From contig JBNJNM010000022.1 in NCBI GenBank assembly GCA_052426225.1, positions 62,001 to 126,000 of the forward strand: 64,000 nucleotides of DNA, in the 5' to 3' direction. Of the stretch, positions 62,109 through 64,000 are shown piece by piece. A program made the translations under genes and the position numbers. The stretch comes from Zancudomyces culisetae HAW-14-8 (lineage: Eukaryota > Fungi > Kickxellomycota). The notes under the pieces are model-generated. The model saw only the letters and a list, made by a program, of their open reading frames with translations. It was not told the DNA's origin and did not search any database. Position 1 is the stretch's first letter. The number at the start of each line of letters is the position of its first letter.

Positions 62109-64000
62109 TATTGCACCACACCACTTTTACCACCTCTATACTACTTTCAAGTTTCTATGCCTGTTTTTTTTGTACTAATTTTATATTTCTACTAGACGGG
62201 CGAATCTATCCTTTGAATATTTAAATGTTATTTCTAAGTTTTGCCGATATGTCTGAGGTTTATTCCTTTATCGATTTAATTTCAGATTGTTTACTTCTTT
62301 CATTTACACCCTTATTGATTTCGTTGATGTATTTGCATTTTACAAAATTCTGTTTATTTGATTCAAGTGCTGATGCAGTATTGCAGTTCCCCCCCAGATT
62401 AAGTAAAAAAAACCCCCCACTAACTTTGTCGATCCAGGTAGATGTTTTCTTTTGTTAGAGAATACCCCCCATTCAGCAAATTTCCAAATGAATTCCTTGC
62501 CTTTTTCCCCTCTTTGAAAGGATCAGTGGTGTTTTTCAATGTTACTAGGGAAATGTGATCCACTATACTCACTTAAATAATAAACAAATTATGATTGTAG
62601 TATGTTTCAATAATCTAATCGTTAATGATTGTTAAATTGGTATCATAAGCGTATCGAGTATTCTCTAATTGCCTTTTGTTTTTTTTACGAATCGCTGACA
62701 AAGTATCTAGTTTGTGCAGAAGAAATTAATCACTGATAATTGACAAGCAACAAGTGAACAAAAACAAAAAAAAAAATTTTTTCTCTTGCAGTTTCTAACC
62801 CAATTACCACATCTCTTGTGTTGATATTGTATCTGGATTGTTTTGTTTTATTTTGCTCCTTAGCTCCAAACCTAACAATTATTACCCCCCCCCCCCCCCC
62901 TTCTCGCAAATTATTTGTGATTCTTAAGAATGCTGAGCTGAAAAGAAGTTAAACTTTTTAGATGTTCTTCCAGTAAAATGAACATCAACTGATCTAATTA
63001 TAAAATAATAGATAGCTAAAATTCGGGAACTTCATTTTTCAGACTATATCCAAATAGTCTACGGGCATTGTACATAGCACCGTACTGCTTATTTGCCTTT
63101 TCTTGATTAAAAATTTAGGATTCCCCCTGTCAGTTGGACACAGTACATCTAGCATTAAAATAGTTTTAAAAAAACATATATACTACCACGATAACGCTAC
63201 CATGAGAGCTTGCTCACAGTTCCGTGGTGTATGTATGCCATGTATTGATGTATTCATCTCGATCCACCTTTTTAGGAGTTTATATCATCAATTAATCCTG
63301 GTATCCTTTTTCTCGTATCAAGAAAAAAAATTTTTTATAACCGAATTTTCAGCTAAATCAGAAAACATAAAATTAAATTTGGTTCAATAAAACTATTATT
63401 ATATTTCCCCATAATTACTACGTATAGCCTAATTTTTGCATCGTTGCGCGTTCCGTGTAAACTGAATATATTTAAAAATAGGAAATTCTCCTCATTTATT
63501 TTTTCTAATCAACATAGACACTTGGGAAGGAAGCTGGTTTGAAAAGATCTAGGTTCGGCGGAGCGATCTGCTGTTTCTGGCTCTTTTCTTTGCACTTTCT
63601 TTCTGTTCATGGCATTTATAAAACAAGAGGCATCTTTGTGGCTTTTCTTTCTCGACCTCCGCAAGGTGGGAGAGATTTGATTTGCCAATTGATTGTGGTG
63701 TAAAGCTCTTTTAGTCGGCCATGGGTGTTTTAGATAAATCTTGTTGATAGAAGAATTCTCCAACTCTGGGTTGCAAGACCTAGGGACGGATTGAGTTTTT
63801 TTATCCGAGGCGCCATATATTCCTTGTTCTCTGTTGAGAAAAAGAAGGGGAGAAATCCCCTCATTCTTTGACGACTATGTCGTCCTGATACTTGAGATAA
63901 ACCATATGGCTGTCATTTCACTTTATAAAAATAATAAAAAAATTAATTAAAATTGTGGCGGTGGTGAACCGACTGGGTGGAGTTTAGGCTGATTGTCTGT

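Overview
AT-rich eukaryotic genomic DNA, fungal by gene content, with many short GT-AG introns (one only 40 nt). Gene content (MRNIP, CBM19-type modules, intron style) suggests an early-diverging lineage such as Zoopagomycota/Harpellales, but this is inference only. About 20 protein-coding genes can be reconstructed by hand-splicing. Recognisable genes: a partial Iml2/TTC39-like gene, a MATA-type HMG-box transcription factor, lipin PAH1, AIP1/WDR1, PSMG3/PAC3, MRNIP, RAV1, RIB5, COX4/COX5B, a GH72 Gas/Gel glucanosyltransferase, a 7-exon ATG29-like gene missed by the ORF track, PFK2/FBP26, BNA1, TAF10 and a PPR-like protein. The most unusual elements are: (1) a young ~0.9-kb duplication giving a stand-alone LEA-like gene next to a LEA-small heat-shock protein fusion, both under the same HSE-containing promoter; (2) an intact ABCC-type transporter with degenerate motifs at both ATPase sites; (3) a secreted non-catalytic triple-CBM19 mucin-like protein; (4) a divergent pair of small repeat-built orphan genes carrying candidate SUMO-interacting and MAPK motifs; (5) kb-scale G/C strand-skew switches inside genes. 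No rRNA, tRNA, CRISPR array or intact transposon was recognised. All family assignments are from motif recognition by eye; no database search was run.
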